63,049 nucleotides of DNA from IMG/VR virus record IMGVR_UViG_3300027782_000082, positions 1 through 63,049 of that record; one strand, written 5' to 3'. Made by a program: the position numbers and the translations under genes. The notes under the pieces were generated by a model. The model was not told the DNA's origin. It saw only the letters and a list, made by a program, of their open reading frames with translations, and did not search any database. Source of the DNA: a virus (Duplodnaviria; Caudoviricetes). This document shows, piece after piece, positions 7,558-16,755 of the stretch. The first letter of the stretch is position 1; every line of letters starts with the position of its first letter.

Positions 7558-8727
7558 ATGCAACATAAACTTTCAGCTTCAGACCGTATTACCAAAGCTC
7601 GTGTGCGCATGCTACTCAAGCATGGGTTCTTTGGGCAGATTGCTACTCGTTTGCAATTGGTTGAAGAGCCTGGTATTCCTACTGCGGCGGTGGATGGAAA
7701 GAAATTCTATTACAATGCGGACTTCGTACAGAAGCTCAGCGATGACGAACTAGTGTTCTTGGTTGGACATGAAGTTGGACATTGCGTGTGGCAACATTTC
7801 TTGCGACGCGGTGATCGTCGACGCGACGTTTGGAACATGGCTGGTGACTTTGTGATCAACCAGATCCTTGTAGACGAACGCATTGGTGCCCAGATCAAGG
7901 CTGTTCCTATCCTGCTCGATAACAAGTATCGCGGCATGGCTAGTGAGGAAGTCTACGAAGAACTGATGAAGAACGCTGTCAAGATCCAAGCCACACTTGA
8001 TATCCATATGGATGGTGACGGCAATGAAGATGGTGAAGGCGAAGGAAAAGGTTTCAAAGGTGAGCCTCTTACTGAAGAAGAAAAGAAAGCTCTAAGCGAC
8101 GAGCTCAAAGAAGCTGTACTGCAAGCGGCACAGGCTAGCGGCGCTGGCAACATTCCAAAAGGCTTCCAGCGTCTGATCAACGATATCACTGCGCCCAAGA
8201 TGAACTGGCGCGATATGTTGAAGATCCAGCTTAACAGTATCATCAAGAACGACTACTCGTTCATGCGTCCTAATCGCAAGGGATGGCATATTGGTGCTGT
8301 ACTGCCTGGCATGTTACCCGGCGACGAAGTGAACATTGCTATTGCTATTGATACTTCTGGATCCATTAGCGAGAGCATGCTCAAAGACTTTTTAGGTGAG
8401 ATTGCTGGCATCATGGATCAGTTTGATTCTTACATTGTGCGTGTCTTCCAATTTGACACTCATGTGTATGGTGAAGAGATCTTCTCGAGTGATTCTAACA
8501 GTGACATCCGTACTTACGAAGTACGTGGTGGTGGCGGTACTGACTTTGAAGTGATCTTTAGTCACTTGAAGAACGAAGACGTAACGCCAAATCAATTGGT
8601 AGTGTTCACAGATGGCGAACCCTGGGGTAGCTGGGGCGATGCTGACTACTGCGATACGCTGTGGATCGTGCATAGCAATTCCAACAAGAAAGCTCCGTTT
8701 GGTGTCACTACCCACTACGAAGCGTAA
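7558..8727 (+). CDS. Metallopeptidase-like + VWA domain protein (DUF2201-type partner of the AAA ATPase)
   Basis: HEVGH (HExxH), MIDAS DTSGS, GGGGTDF and FTDG. Confidence 0.88.
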   Translation: MQHKLSASDRITKARVRMLLKHGFFGQIATRLQLVEEPGIPTAAVDGKKFYYNADFVQKLSDDELVFLVGHEVGHCVWQHFLRRGDRRRDVWNMAGDFVINQILVDERIGAQIKAVPILLDNKYRGMASEEVYEELMKNAVKIQATLDIHMDGDGNEDGEGEGKGFKGEPLTEEEKKALSDELKEAVLQAAQASGAGNIPKGFQRLINDITAPKMNWRDMLKIQLNSIIKNDYSFMRPNRKGWHIGAVLPGMLPGDEVNIAIAIDTSGSISESMLKDFLGEIAGIMDQFDSYIVRVFQFDTHVYGEEIFSSDSNSDIRTYEVRGGGGTDFEVIFSHLKNEDVTPNQLVVFTDGEPWGSWGDADYCDTLWIVHSNSNKKAPFGVTTHYEA

Positions 8728-8787
8728 GACTTAGAGTTGCTCCGTCTAAGTCTTCAAATAGCGGCTCTTCGGAGCCGCTATTCTTTT
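8726..8787 (+). terminator. Rho-independent terminator preceded by a second hairpin
   Basis: aatagcggctc-TTCG-gagccgctatt followed by cttttc; upstream aagacttaga/tctaagtctt stem at 8726-8754. Confidence 0.85.
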
Positions 8788-8869
8788 CAAAAACCCTAGA
8801 CCTGGCTTTTGACACATACCATTAAATAAATGCATGGTTAACTAACCAACCGTCAGAAGGAGACAAATC

Positions 8870-9079
8870 ATGAACTTGAATATTAACGATCTGGCCACAA
8901 TGGCCAATGTAATTGATCTTGCAACACAGCGCGGTGCATTCCGTGCAAACGAACTAAAGGCAGTGGGCGAGTTGTTTGAGAAGATCACTGCGTTTGTTAA
9001 GGCTGCACAAGAGCAAGCCAAGAAGGAAGAAGAAGAAGCCGCGGCAGCGCCTGCTGATGCGCCCAAGGAAGGTGAATAA
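8870..9079 (+). CDS. Hypothetical protein
   Basis: AAGGAG RBS; TAAATA at 8823. Confidence 0.85.
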   Translation: MNLNINDLATMANVIDLATQRGAFRANELKAVGELFEKITAFVKAAQEQAKKEEEEAAAAPADAPKEGE

Positions 9080-9081
9080 AA

Positions 9082-9666
9082 ATGAGTGCATTTATCAAGC
9101 ATATTGGCAAATCAGCCAATAACAAGAAACTGGTAGTGGTATTCAGAGAACTGCCAGATGCACCAGATCAGGCCTTGGTGGTGTTTACACAAGACTTGAA
9201 ACCAGAATTGTCAGATGAACTGATGCACATCGTAGAAAACCAAGGTCAGTCCGATATGGATTTCTACAAGGTCGCTTCACGTACTTCTTTCATCAATGGT
9301 GGCCAGGTGCTAGAAGACCTACACAAGCGTGGTGTGCTATCCAAGGTTCCTGTAACTGAAATCACAATGACGCCTTTGCCAAATGTTACCATCTCACTCA
9401 CTGATCTTAATGCACAGTTGAAGCAGATGATTCCACAAAAGACCACCAGCGGTGATATCAGCGGTGAAGCTGACGTGCCACCATTGACACAACGATCTGC
9501 ACCAGGTACACTGGATGACAAGACCATTGCTGAAGGTATGCGTCGTCAGGCGTTGCAGTTTGAATTCGAAGCCAAGAAGCTGAGAGAAGAAGCAGATTCG
9601 TTGGATCCATCACGACCAGGTCGTCCTCGTAAGGGCGCCGATGCCAAGACCGCTGTTGAAGCATGA
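9082..9666 (+). CDS. Hypothetical protein with C-terminal AT-hook-like RPGRPRK
   Basis: Operonic; 194 aa. Confidence 0.8.
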   Translation: MSAFIKHIGKSANNKKLVVVFRELPDAPDQALVVFTQDLKPELSDELMHIVENQGQSDMDFYKVASRTSFINGGQVLEDLHKRGVLSKVPVTEITMTPLPNVTISLTDLNAQLKQMIPQKTTSGDISGEADVPPLTQRSAPGTLDDKTIAEGMRRQALQFEFEAKKLREEADSLDPSRPGRPRKGADAKTAVEA

Positions 9667-9938
9667 CAACTGAAAACGTCTTAGAATCGATTGCTACAGA
9701 AAGAAATAGGCAGAAGGACCTCTGGGGATCTGAGTACGACCTGAAACATGGTCCGAATGATTGGTCAGCGATCGCTTCTTCCTATCTCAATGCAGAAGTG
9801 TCCAACAAGGGTAGATCTCCGGATAGTTCTCAGTGGCGCGACTCCATGATAAAGGCAGCGGCAGTTATTGTGGCGGCGCTGGAGCACGAAAAAAACATGT
9901 GCAACCGTGGCCAACTAACAGATAATGATACCCAATAA
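9663..9938 (+). CDS. Small MazG-like all-alpha protein
   Basis: ERNRQKDLWG...HGPNDW...IKAAAVIVAALE pattern. Confidence 0.5.
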   Translation: MTTENVLESIATERNRQKDLWGSEYDLKHGPNDWSAIASSYLNAEVSNKGRSPDSSQWRDSMIKAAAVIVAALEHEKNMCNRGQLTDNDTQ

Positions 9939-9949
9939 AGGACTGATCG

Positions 9950-10252
9950 GTGGCTATAAAAAAGAAAGATCGAAGTTTCGAAGAATTGCTAGGCGATGTG
10001 GTCTGGGATGATGTTCCTATTGATTACATCGAGCAGGTTACCATCTATCTTGACGGTGGCGAGATGTTGGTCATCAAACAAGAAGAACTCAAAGGAATTA
10101 AAAACACCAGCGAGCTATTCAATGTCAGCGGACTGGACCAATTGGTAAGTCGAGTCAAGAACATTGATGTTAAAATGGATACTGAGAAACTGAAGCATGC
10201 TGTTCATAAACATGTTCGCACCTTATTGGGTAAACATTTTTCTGATGATTGA
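9950..10252 (+). CDS. Hypothetical protein
   Basis: GTG start with AAGGA RBS. Confidence 0.75.
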   Translation: MAIKKKDRSFEELLGDVVWDDVPIDYIEQVTIYLDGGEMLVIKQEELKGIKNTSELFNVSGLDQLVSRVKNIDVKMDTEKLKHAVHKHVRTLLGKHFSDD

Positions 10253-10264
10253 GCAAAAATATTC

Positions 10265-10293
10265 TTGCATATACACACGTGATGTCTTATAAT
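10265..10293 (+). promoter_or_regulatory. Sigma70-type promoter for thyX
   Basis: TTGCAT-N17-TATAAT. Confidence 0.65.
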
Positions 10294-10317
10294 AAGATAT
10301 CATATTAGGAGCAACTC

Positions 10318-11208
10318 GTGGCAGAAGAAAAATCAAAATGGCTGACTTGGGAAGATGTCCAGGGCAACAATGCACGTAAAGTACACGACAACGGATTCGT
10401 TGTGCTAGTGGATCATATGGGCAGTGACGCTGATATTGCCGAAGCCGCTCGCATCAGCTACGGGCAAGGCACAAAAACAATCAATGATGATCGCAATCTA
10501 ATACGCTATCTAATGCGTCATCAACATACCACACCGTTTGAAATGTGCGAAGTCAAGTTCATGATCAAGATGCCAATCTTTATCATGCGACAGCTGGTAC
10601 GTCATCGTACTGCCAGCATCAACGAATACTCTGGTCGCTACAGCGAAATGAGTGATGAGTTTTATGTGCCCGATTCTGAATACCTTGCGCCACAAAGCCA
10701 GACCAATCGGCAAGGGCGCGATGGTGAAATGGATGTTGGTACCAAGGTACGTGTGCTTGCTCGCATGGAACATGTGAACAAGATTTCATACGATGCATAT
10801 CAAGATCAACTTGAAGATGAACTCAGCAGAGAACTTGCACGTATCACGCTACCACTAAACAACTACACAATCATCTACTGGAAGGCCAATCTAAAGAACT
10901 TCCTGCATATGATTCGCCTACGTGCAGACAGTCATGCACAGCAAGAGATCCAGGACTTTGCCAATGCCATGTATGAGCTGGCCAAGCCGTTGTTTCCTAT
11001 CGCATGCGAAGCTTGGGAAGACTATCAACAGGATGGTATGTACCTTAGTCGCCAGGAAGCTGAAATGCTACGTGCATTTATCAACAAAGACAAATGGATG
11101 GATTACGAATCAGGAATGAGAAATGACAAAGCTATCAGAGCACAACACGGAATTAGTCAACGAGAACTCGACGAGTTCCGTACTAAGTTCGGGCTCGGAA
11201 GTCCTTAA
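10318..11208 (+). CDS. thyX: Flavin-dependent thymidylate synthase
   Basis: RHRTASINEYSGRY (RHRx7S) motif, AARISYG, HTTPFE, ELAR..LP and HAQQEI. Confidence 0.95.
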   Translation: MAEEKSKWLTWEDVQGNNARKVHDNGFVVLVDHMGSDADIAEAARISYGQGTKTINDDRNLIRYLMRHQHTTPFEMCEVKFMIKMPIFIMRQLVRHRTASINEYSGRYSEMSDEFYVPDSEYLAPQSQTNRQGRDGEMDVGTKVRVLARMEHVNKISYDAYQDQLEDELSRELARITLPLNNYTIIYWKANLKNFLHMIRLRADSHAQQEIQDFANAMYELAKPLFPIACEAWEDYQQDGMYLSRQEAEMLRAFINKDKWMDYESGMRNDKAIRAQHGISQRELDEFRTKFGLGSP

Positions 11209-11644
11209 ACAACAAGGATACAGCCAACGTCGCAAAGACTGGAACGACTACATCTCGCATACTATGGATGTATGGTTCCGGTGGGACAACGACATGGAGG
11301 CCAGCTTCGCGTGGTATGTAGAACCAATGCACTTGAATGCTGCCAAGGTTCTACATGGTGGTGCCACAATGACATTCCTGGACCATTGTATGGGTGCGTT
11401 CTGTTATAACATGACTGAAGGCAAGTTTGCGCATACTGTACAACTGAGCACACAATTCCTTCATCCTGTACGTGCCAATAGATGGTTAATGTGCCATGTC
11501 ACACTGGCTGCTGGATCAAGGCAATTGATACAGTTAGAATCTATAGCGTATCAGCAGGATCTTGCCAAGTGGGGTACCATGGGTACTGTTGCTGCCAAGG
11601 CCCATGGTACGTTTGTTAACCCTAATAGACGTATCAAACCTTAG
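11123..11644 (+). CDS. PaaI-family hotdog-fold thioesterase (start uncertain; overlaps thyX)
   Basis: HLNAAKVLHGGATMTFLD and TVQLSTQFLHP motifs. Confidence 0.8.
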   Translation: MTKLSEHNTELVNENSTSSVLSSGSEVLKQQGYSQRRKDWNDYISHTMDVWFRWDNDMEASFAWYVEPMHLNAAKVLHGGATMTFLDHCMGAFCYNMTEGKFAHTVQLSTQFLHPVRANRWLMCHVTLAAGSRQLIQLESIAYQQDLAKWGTMGTVAAKAHGTFVNPNRRIKP

Positions 11645-11912
11645 CGTGGATTTCGTTACAGGAAATAGAATTTTCCTTGTTATACGTTTCAAGATCAGAT
11701 ACAAAAAGTAATACTGTTGGATCGTTTGCCCAGCGTTGATATATGTCTTCGTTTGGCCAAACATGGATATGGCGTAATGTATCAGAGTCTACTATCTTGT
11801 GTTCATATGACCATTTTGTACGATACATCTTTTGTTGATATGCTTCAAATGCGCCATCTTCAAAAAACTGTGCGTCTTTGTTCTTACGAAATGTTTTCTT
11901 AACTAGATACAT
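11634..11912 (-). CDS. Small protein, probable paralogue of 45483-45800 (ABM-like fold?)
   Basis: CAGGAG RBS; shared Y.(V/I)K....R/ D.L.....W / YN..N pattern. Confidence 0.7.
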   Translation of the reverse strand: MYLVKKTFRKNKDAQFFEDGAFEAYQQKMYRTKWSYEHKIVDSDTLRHIHVWPNEDIYQRWANDPTVLLFVSDLETYNKENSISCNEIHAKV

Positions 11913-11951
11913 GCATGCTCCTGTAGTTTACAATCACGGTTAAATAACACT

Positions 11952-12554
11952 ATGTATAATTTTCCTGTAGCACATCTTGATATCGATCTTAATAAGATAT
12001 ACAGTCTATGGAAAGACAAGTATCAAGCTGAACATCTTAAGAAGCCACAAAAAAATACTGTCAGTGTTGAACGCAGTGATCTGTCAGTATTTAACAACGA
12101 GCCGTGGGTAGTCGGTAGAGGATTGAAACCAGCTTCTGCGTTCTTTGGAGTAACTGGCCCAAACAGTTGCATGAATCCACATAAAGATCCTAGTAGTGAT
12201 CCAGAGGTAATTAAGAATGGATTTGTTTCGCATCCATGGGCGTTGAACATTCCTCTCACATGCGACGTCGGCAGCTACATGTCTTGGTATCGAGTCAAGC
12301 CTGGAAAGATCACCAGGCTTGAAGGTGAGAAGCATAGTCCTTATGGCAATGTGCGTGTGCCAATGGCAAATCTAGAAGACCTTGACCCTGTTGCCACTGT
12401 TTGCCTAGATCGTCCTATGCTGGTTAGCACAAGCGAGTGGCATGCTGTTGTCAACAACAACAATACTACTAGACTTATTTTCAGCTTAAGGTTTTCACCG
12501 ATTATGTCGTTGGCAGAGGCTGCTAAAGTTTTTAGTTCTTCAGCATCTCTTTAA
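11952..12554 (+). CDS. Fe(II)/2OG-type (double-stranded beta-helix) oxygenase
   Basis: PHKD, WALNIPL and WHAVVN...RLIFSLRF (HxD...H...RxxxS). Confidence 0.7.
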   Translation: MYNFPVAHLDIDLNKIYSLWKDKYQAEHLKKPQKNTVSVERSDLSVFNNEPWVVGRGLKPASAFFGVTGPNSCMNPHKDPSSDPEVIKNGFVSHPWALNIPLTCDVGSYMSWYRVKPGKITRLEGEKHSPYGNVRVPMANLEDLDPVATVCLDRPMLVSTSEWHAVVNNNNTTRLIFSLRFSPIMSLAEAAKVFSSSASL

Positions 12555-13353
12555 GATAAGCATCTGCTTCTTTGAAGTTTGTGGGAGATTTGTACGTTCG
12601 CTTAGGAAAAGAAGAAGCACGACACCATTGATCAATTGGCACGTTCAACTGTACTGTGACCTTATCCGGCCAGTTAAGTTCCATCTTTCCTTTTTGGTAC
12701 CATTCAACACCTAGTATGGCAGCTTTCTTTCGCCACTTCTCTTTAAGCATACGATATCGTATTGTAGATGCAACATACCAATCAAGCTGAGATTGTGTGA
12801 TCTCAAACTCGGCATCATTTGGAAGAGTCTGCCGAGCCATTCGTACCAACTGGAATATTGGATCAAAACTCTTTTCAATAAACACCACTCTTGCAGTACT
12901 GAGAAATTGATTCTCAACTGCGTTTTGTTTTTCTTGTAAATCTGGATGTACCGGTTCTGTATAGTAGCGTATAAAAGTTGAACGACTATTGATAAAAAGT
13001 GTATTAGCAAAAGCAATACGTTTATCAAATGCTGTTTCAATGGTATCAGTTGGTGTTTTAACTGATACATCTCCTTCAACTAGATACGGTTCCTCGTATG
13101 TAACAACGTCTCCTGGGCTAGTATACCCTCCAGTCCATCCAATGTCATTGACTCCTCTAACATTTAACAGCAAGTCTAAAAATCCTGCATAGTTTGGATC
13201 TCGCATTGAACGGCGATGCCAATATAAAAATATGTCATATGAAGTTGTACCTGGTGCTTCAACGAAGATGATTGGACGCTGCCACTTCATGTCAATTGCC
13301 GCATTATCATTTGCACGGGTGCTTGTAAAAGCGTTGGGAATAAGGTGTCTCAT
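12532..13353 (-). CDS. Hypothetical protein, possibly a degenerate sulfotransferase-like P-loop fold
   Basis: IIFVEAPGTTSY strand-loop-helix; weak evidence. Confidence 0.55.
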   Translation of the reverse strand: MRHLIPNAFTSTRANDNAAIDMKWQRPIIFVEAPGTTSYDIFLYWHRRSMRDPNYAGFLDLLLNVRGVNDIGWTGGYTSPGDVVTYEEPYLVEGDVSVKTPTDTIETAFDKRIAFANTLFINSRSTFIRYYTEPVHPDLQEKQNAVENQFLSTARVVFIEKSFDPIFQLVRMARQTLPNDAEFEITQSQLDWYVASTIRYRMLKEKWRKKAAILGVEWYQKGKMELNWPDKVTVQLNVPIDQWCRASSFPKRTYKSPTNFKEADAYLKEMLKN

Positions 13354-13355
13354 GT

Positions 13356-13826
13356 TTATCCGTTATGAGGTTTGTATGTGTTAAAGAGTTTATCCCATAG
13401 TGGAATAAACAGTCCGTAATTTTTACGTTGATGTCTGTGATGCACCAAGTGCCACTTGCCACTTGTTAGCCATGGGTACCAATCAAATTTAGGATTATGT
13501 TCGATTACTTCTTGTAACAAGGCCGCCCAAAAATAATAGAAGATACTAACCCACCAATGTCCTGTTACTGCTGAGAATATAAGTGTTGGTATGACTTCTG
13601 TGATCCATAAGTCCACGGTGCTTTTCCAAGTGTCGTTGTAGAGCAACAGGTTGTTCCAATGCCATGTGGTTCCACCGTGCCTATTGATATACAAATGATG
13701 GTCCTGATGGAACTTGTTAACAAAAGGAATACGATGTCCAGCGCGATGTATCCAGTACAAACAAAATGTCCATAACAGGAAAACTAACGGATATTCAATC
13801 ATCTCAATCAATTCCATGCGTCGCAA
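13356..13826 (-). CDS. Sterol desaturase / fatty-acid hydroxylase family membrane di-iron enzyme
   Basis: His boxes HRAGH, HQDHH, IEH and HLVHH; NYG..LWD.LF.T; hydrophobic segments. Confidence 0.9.
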   Translation of the reverse strand: MRRMELIEMIEYPLVFLLWTFCLYWIHRAGHRIPFVNKFHQDHHLYINRHGGTTWHWNNLLLYNDTWKSTVDLWITEVIPTLIFSAVTGHWWVSIFYYFWAALLQEVIEHNPKFDWYPWLTSGKWHLVHHRHQRKNYGLFIPLWDKLFNTYKPHNG

Positions 13827-13863
13827 CTCCTACGATAAATACTAGTATAATGAGGTACAGCAA

Positions 13864-14289
13864 ATGATGATGCTATTACGCAAATGGAATGGAAAATTTC
13901 CTTCCATCAACGATTCCAAAACTGACGTATGGTTTGGAAACGCATCATCATCAATTCGTACATGGATACTTAGCTACTCTAGCCTAACCTGGGGTTGCGC
14001 CAATTCAACAGGGTATCTAGGACATTGGGAAACTGTAACAGATTCGGCATGCTATCAGTGGCGCTGTTGGACATCCACAGACATGTTAAAGTTAGCATAT
14101 CTAAAAAATACAGATAGGTTCAAAGCCGAAAAAGAAGCTGTTGATTCTTTATCAAAAGAATTAGACCTCGCGATGTACGATCATATATTTGAAATTGAAA
14201 TTAGCAAAGACCCAGCAGGTATGTTTGCTGGCGAACTTGAGAGTCTAATTGAAATGTATCATCCAGAATTGATAAAGGGGAACAGCTGA
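13864..14289 (+). CDS. Hypothetical protein
   Basis: TAAATA at 13836, GAGG RBS, TGATG coupling to the next gene. Confidence 0.7.
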   Translation: MMMLLRKWNGKFPSINDSKTDVWFGNASSSIRTWILSYSSLTWGCANSTGYLGHWETVTDSACYQWRCWTSTDMLKLAYLKNTDRFKAEKEAVDSLSKELDLAMYDHIFEIEISKDPAGMFAGELESLIEMYHPELIKGNS

Positions 14290-14864
14290 TGAGCGAAACA
14301 ACTTACAAAAATTTCAAGCTCTTGATGACTGATCAAGGAATGCCATTGGCAACTGAATGGTTAGTTGGCGATAGCAATCAAGCCAAGATGGCCTGGGCAC
14401 AAAATCAAAGTAGACAGCGCATGACAGCGGCATTGCGTCATACTGAAAATATCCATCTACGTTATATTATGGCGCCTGCCGGATACGACACACGCAAAGC
14501 AAATGATATATTAGAAGTGTTTGATAATAAAATGCTACTAGGCATGAAAGCACTCACTGCAATTTACGATCGTGTCATGGGTATATCAAAACATCTTGGA
14601 TGTAAAGATGTTGGTCGTATATTTCTTAGCAAACTACTAGCCGAATGCGAAGTAGCACGTCATACTGATGAAGGCGACTACTTCAGCAAGTACGGACGTT
14701 ATCATTTGGTATTGCATACCAATCCCGACGCTGCCTGTGAAGTTGACGGAGAAGAATGCTTCATGCCTGCAGGGACTGTGTGGTGGTTAGAGAATGGCTT
14801 GCCACACTCATTTTGGAACCGAGGCAAAACAGATAGGATACATGTAATATGGGACGCACTATGA
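14289..14864 (+). CDS. Aspartyl/asparaginyl beta-hydroxylase-like Fe(II)/2OG oxygenase
   Basis: RHTD, RYHLVL, GTVWWLEN..PHSFWN and DRIHVIWD. Confidence 0.85.
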   Translation: MSETTYKNFKLLMTDQGMPLATEWLVGDSNQAKMAWAQNQSRQRMTAALRHTENIHLRYIMAPAGYDTRKANDILEVFDNKMLLGMKALTAIYDRVMGISKHLGCKDVGRIFLSKLLAECEVARHTDEGDYFSKYGRYHLVLHTNPDAACEVDGEECFMPAGTVWWLENGLPHSFWNRGKTDRIHVIWDAL

Positions 14865-15103
14865 ACGATACACTAGAAAGAATACAGAAAGTTGTTGCAG
14901 GATACTGCAAGATTGATGTCAAGGATGTTTGGCCCAATTCAAACTTTGTTGAAGACCTAGGCCTTGATAGTCTTGATTCAATTGAAATGGTCATGGCAGT
15001 TGAAGAAGAGTTTGGTGTCGAGCTTACAGACGATGGACTTGAAGTTGTCAAGACTATTGAACAGCTGGCAGCTGCCATTGATCGGTTAATAAAGAAAGAC
15101 TGA
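14861..15103 (+). CDS. acpP: Acyl carrier protein
   Basis: EDLGLDSLDSIEMVMAVEEEFGVEL with the phosphopantetheine Ser; ATGA-coupled start at 14861. Confidence 0.92.
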   Translation: MNDTLERIQKVVAGYCKIDVKDVWPNSNFVEDLGLDSLDSIEMVMAVEEEFGVELTDDGLEVVKTIEQLAAAIDRLIKKD

Positions 15104-15104
15104 C

Positions 15105-15851
15105 ATGCACAACATCAAAGGACAGCCTTGGTTTGATCTAGAACCATACATTGATATAGAAGCATTATCTTTGCAAAAGCATAAGATAGCGGCTGCATTA
15201 GCCGCTAGTCATCCTTTTAGATATCCAAGTATAGTAGGAGCACAAGATAATCTGTATGATCAATCATTGGTTGAACTAGGCGACTTTGCAAAGAAGCTGA
15301 TCAATGATGAAAATTACGAGCATCATAATATGCTGAAGCTACTCGGGTCTGCTCCTAAGATACAGTTGTTCTGCAAGTATATGTACGATGTTGTGGCTCT
15401 AAACGAAGCGATACATCTACGCACAGTAAGAGGCGGAGATTACTTTAACAAACACAAGGCAGCGCATTGTGTCAACACTCCTGCTTTCAAATTTTTCAAC
15501 TTCCTGAAAGTTTGGTTAGAAGAACAGAACATATTCAGTGAATATGGGCGTGTTGTTTTCTTTGTAAACGAGCCCGGTGTATCAAGCATCAGGCATCGTG
15601 ATTATCCAGACGGTGTAAGTCGTAAAGATCAATTCATTTGGTTGAGCCTAGACGGACGTAAGAATTTTTGGGTATGGGACGATGATGAGAAAGTGCAACA
15701 CAATGTCACTAGCCGTGTTGCATTATTTGACAATGCCAATTGGCATGGTAGCGATCCATGCCAATATACTGGCTGGAGTATGAGAGTCGACGGTGTATTT
15801 TCGCCGGCGTTCTTGAAGAAAACAGGTCTGGAGGACTTTTATAATGTCTGA
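15105..15851 (+). CDS. Fe(II)/2OG-type oxygenase-like protein
   Basis: RHRD and FDNANWHG...SMRVDG. Confidence 0.65.
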   Translation: MHNIKGQPWFDLEPYIDIEALSLQKHKIAAALAASHPFRYPSIVGAQDNLYDQSLVELGDFAKKLINDENYEHHNMLKLLGSAPKIQLFCKYMYDVVALNEAIHLRTVRGGDYFNKHKAAHCVNTPAFKFFNFLKVWLEEQNIFSEYGRVVFFVNEPGVSSIRHRDYPDGVSRKDQFIWLSLDGRKNFWVWDDDEKVQHNVTSRVALFDNANWHGSDPCQYTGWSMRVDGVFSPAFLKKTGLEDFYNV

Positions 15852-16755
15852 TAAAATTGATCCTAGAACTAGAGCATCAGATATATTTGATGACTGGGGT
15901 TCTATATTTGAAGGCCCACATGATTGGTTAGACAACATCATGCCCGGTAGCTTGGCCAAGATGCTGTACCAACGCAAGATACTTGTGTTCAAAAAAATAA
16001 AACTTACTCCTTTCCAATTCTGGAGACTTTCTAGGCGGTTTGGTATACCATGGAAAGAAGATCAATACAAGTATAGTAAAGAAAAGTCCATGCCACTTAT
16101 CATGCCCGAAGATGGCCGAACAGAATATATGAGTGCTATTAGCAATAAAATTAGCTCAAGACTTGGTGATAGAGAAATGCCATGGCATGCTGATATTCCC
16201 AATGCTGTTAGCTATGCTTTCCCGCATAGAGCAATCTACATGCGTACTTGTCCCAATCCCGAAGCTGGTTTTACTATCTGGATGAATACGCCCAAGGCAT
16301 TCAAGGGTGTATCTGACGATCTTAAACGTCGTTGGGGAATGACTCGTATTGTTCAACAGAGCTGGTATGAGCCTGGCAAAGATCTGCAAGAATTTCCCAG
16401 TATGACTCGGCATCCAGTTACTGGTGAATATTGTCCACGTGTCAATTACTACGTAGACGAAACACAAAACGAAGGATGGATTGTTGATACCAAAGTAGGC
16501 GGTCAGCAACGTGGCACAGGTATTGTTGCTGAGATGCTGGAAGAGATGTCAAAGCAGCCTGATTGCACATATGAGCATCATTGGGACGAAACAGATTTAG
16601 TTATATACGATAACTTTCCCTTTGTGCATCGTCGAACTGCATGTGAGCTCGACGATGGTCAGGAACGGCTAATGTGGCGTATGAATATTGATCACGACCC
16701 CAATGCCAGGAAGCTCTTTGAAGCTGTAAAGATTCCTGTAGTTTCATCCAAGTAG
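15844..16755 (+). CDS. TauD/TfdA-family dioxygenase
   Basis: WHAD, HPVTG, HHW...DLVIYDN...HRR and RLMWR. Confidence 0.9.
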   Translation: MSDKIDPRTRASDIFDDWGSIFEGPHDWLDNIMPGSLAKMLYQRKILVFKKIKLTPFQFWRLSRRFGIPWKEDQYKYSKEKSMPLIMPEDGRTEYMSAISNKISSRLGDREMPWHADIPNAVSYAFPHRAIYMRTCPNPEAGFTIWMNTPKAFKGVSDDLKRRWGMTRIVQQSWYEPGKDLQEFPSMTRHPVTGEYCPRVNYYVDETQNEGWIVDTKVGGQQRGTGIVAEMLEEMSKQPDCTYEHHWDETDLVIYDNFPFVHRRTACELDDGQERLMWRMNIDHDPNARKLFEAVKIPVVSSK

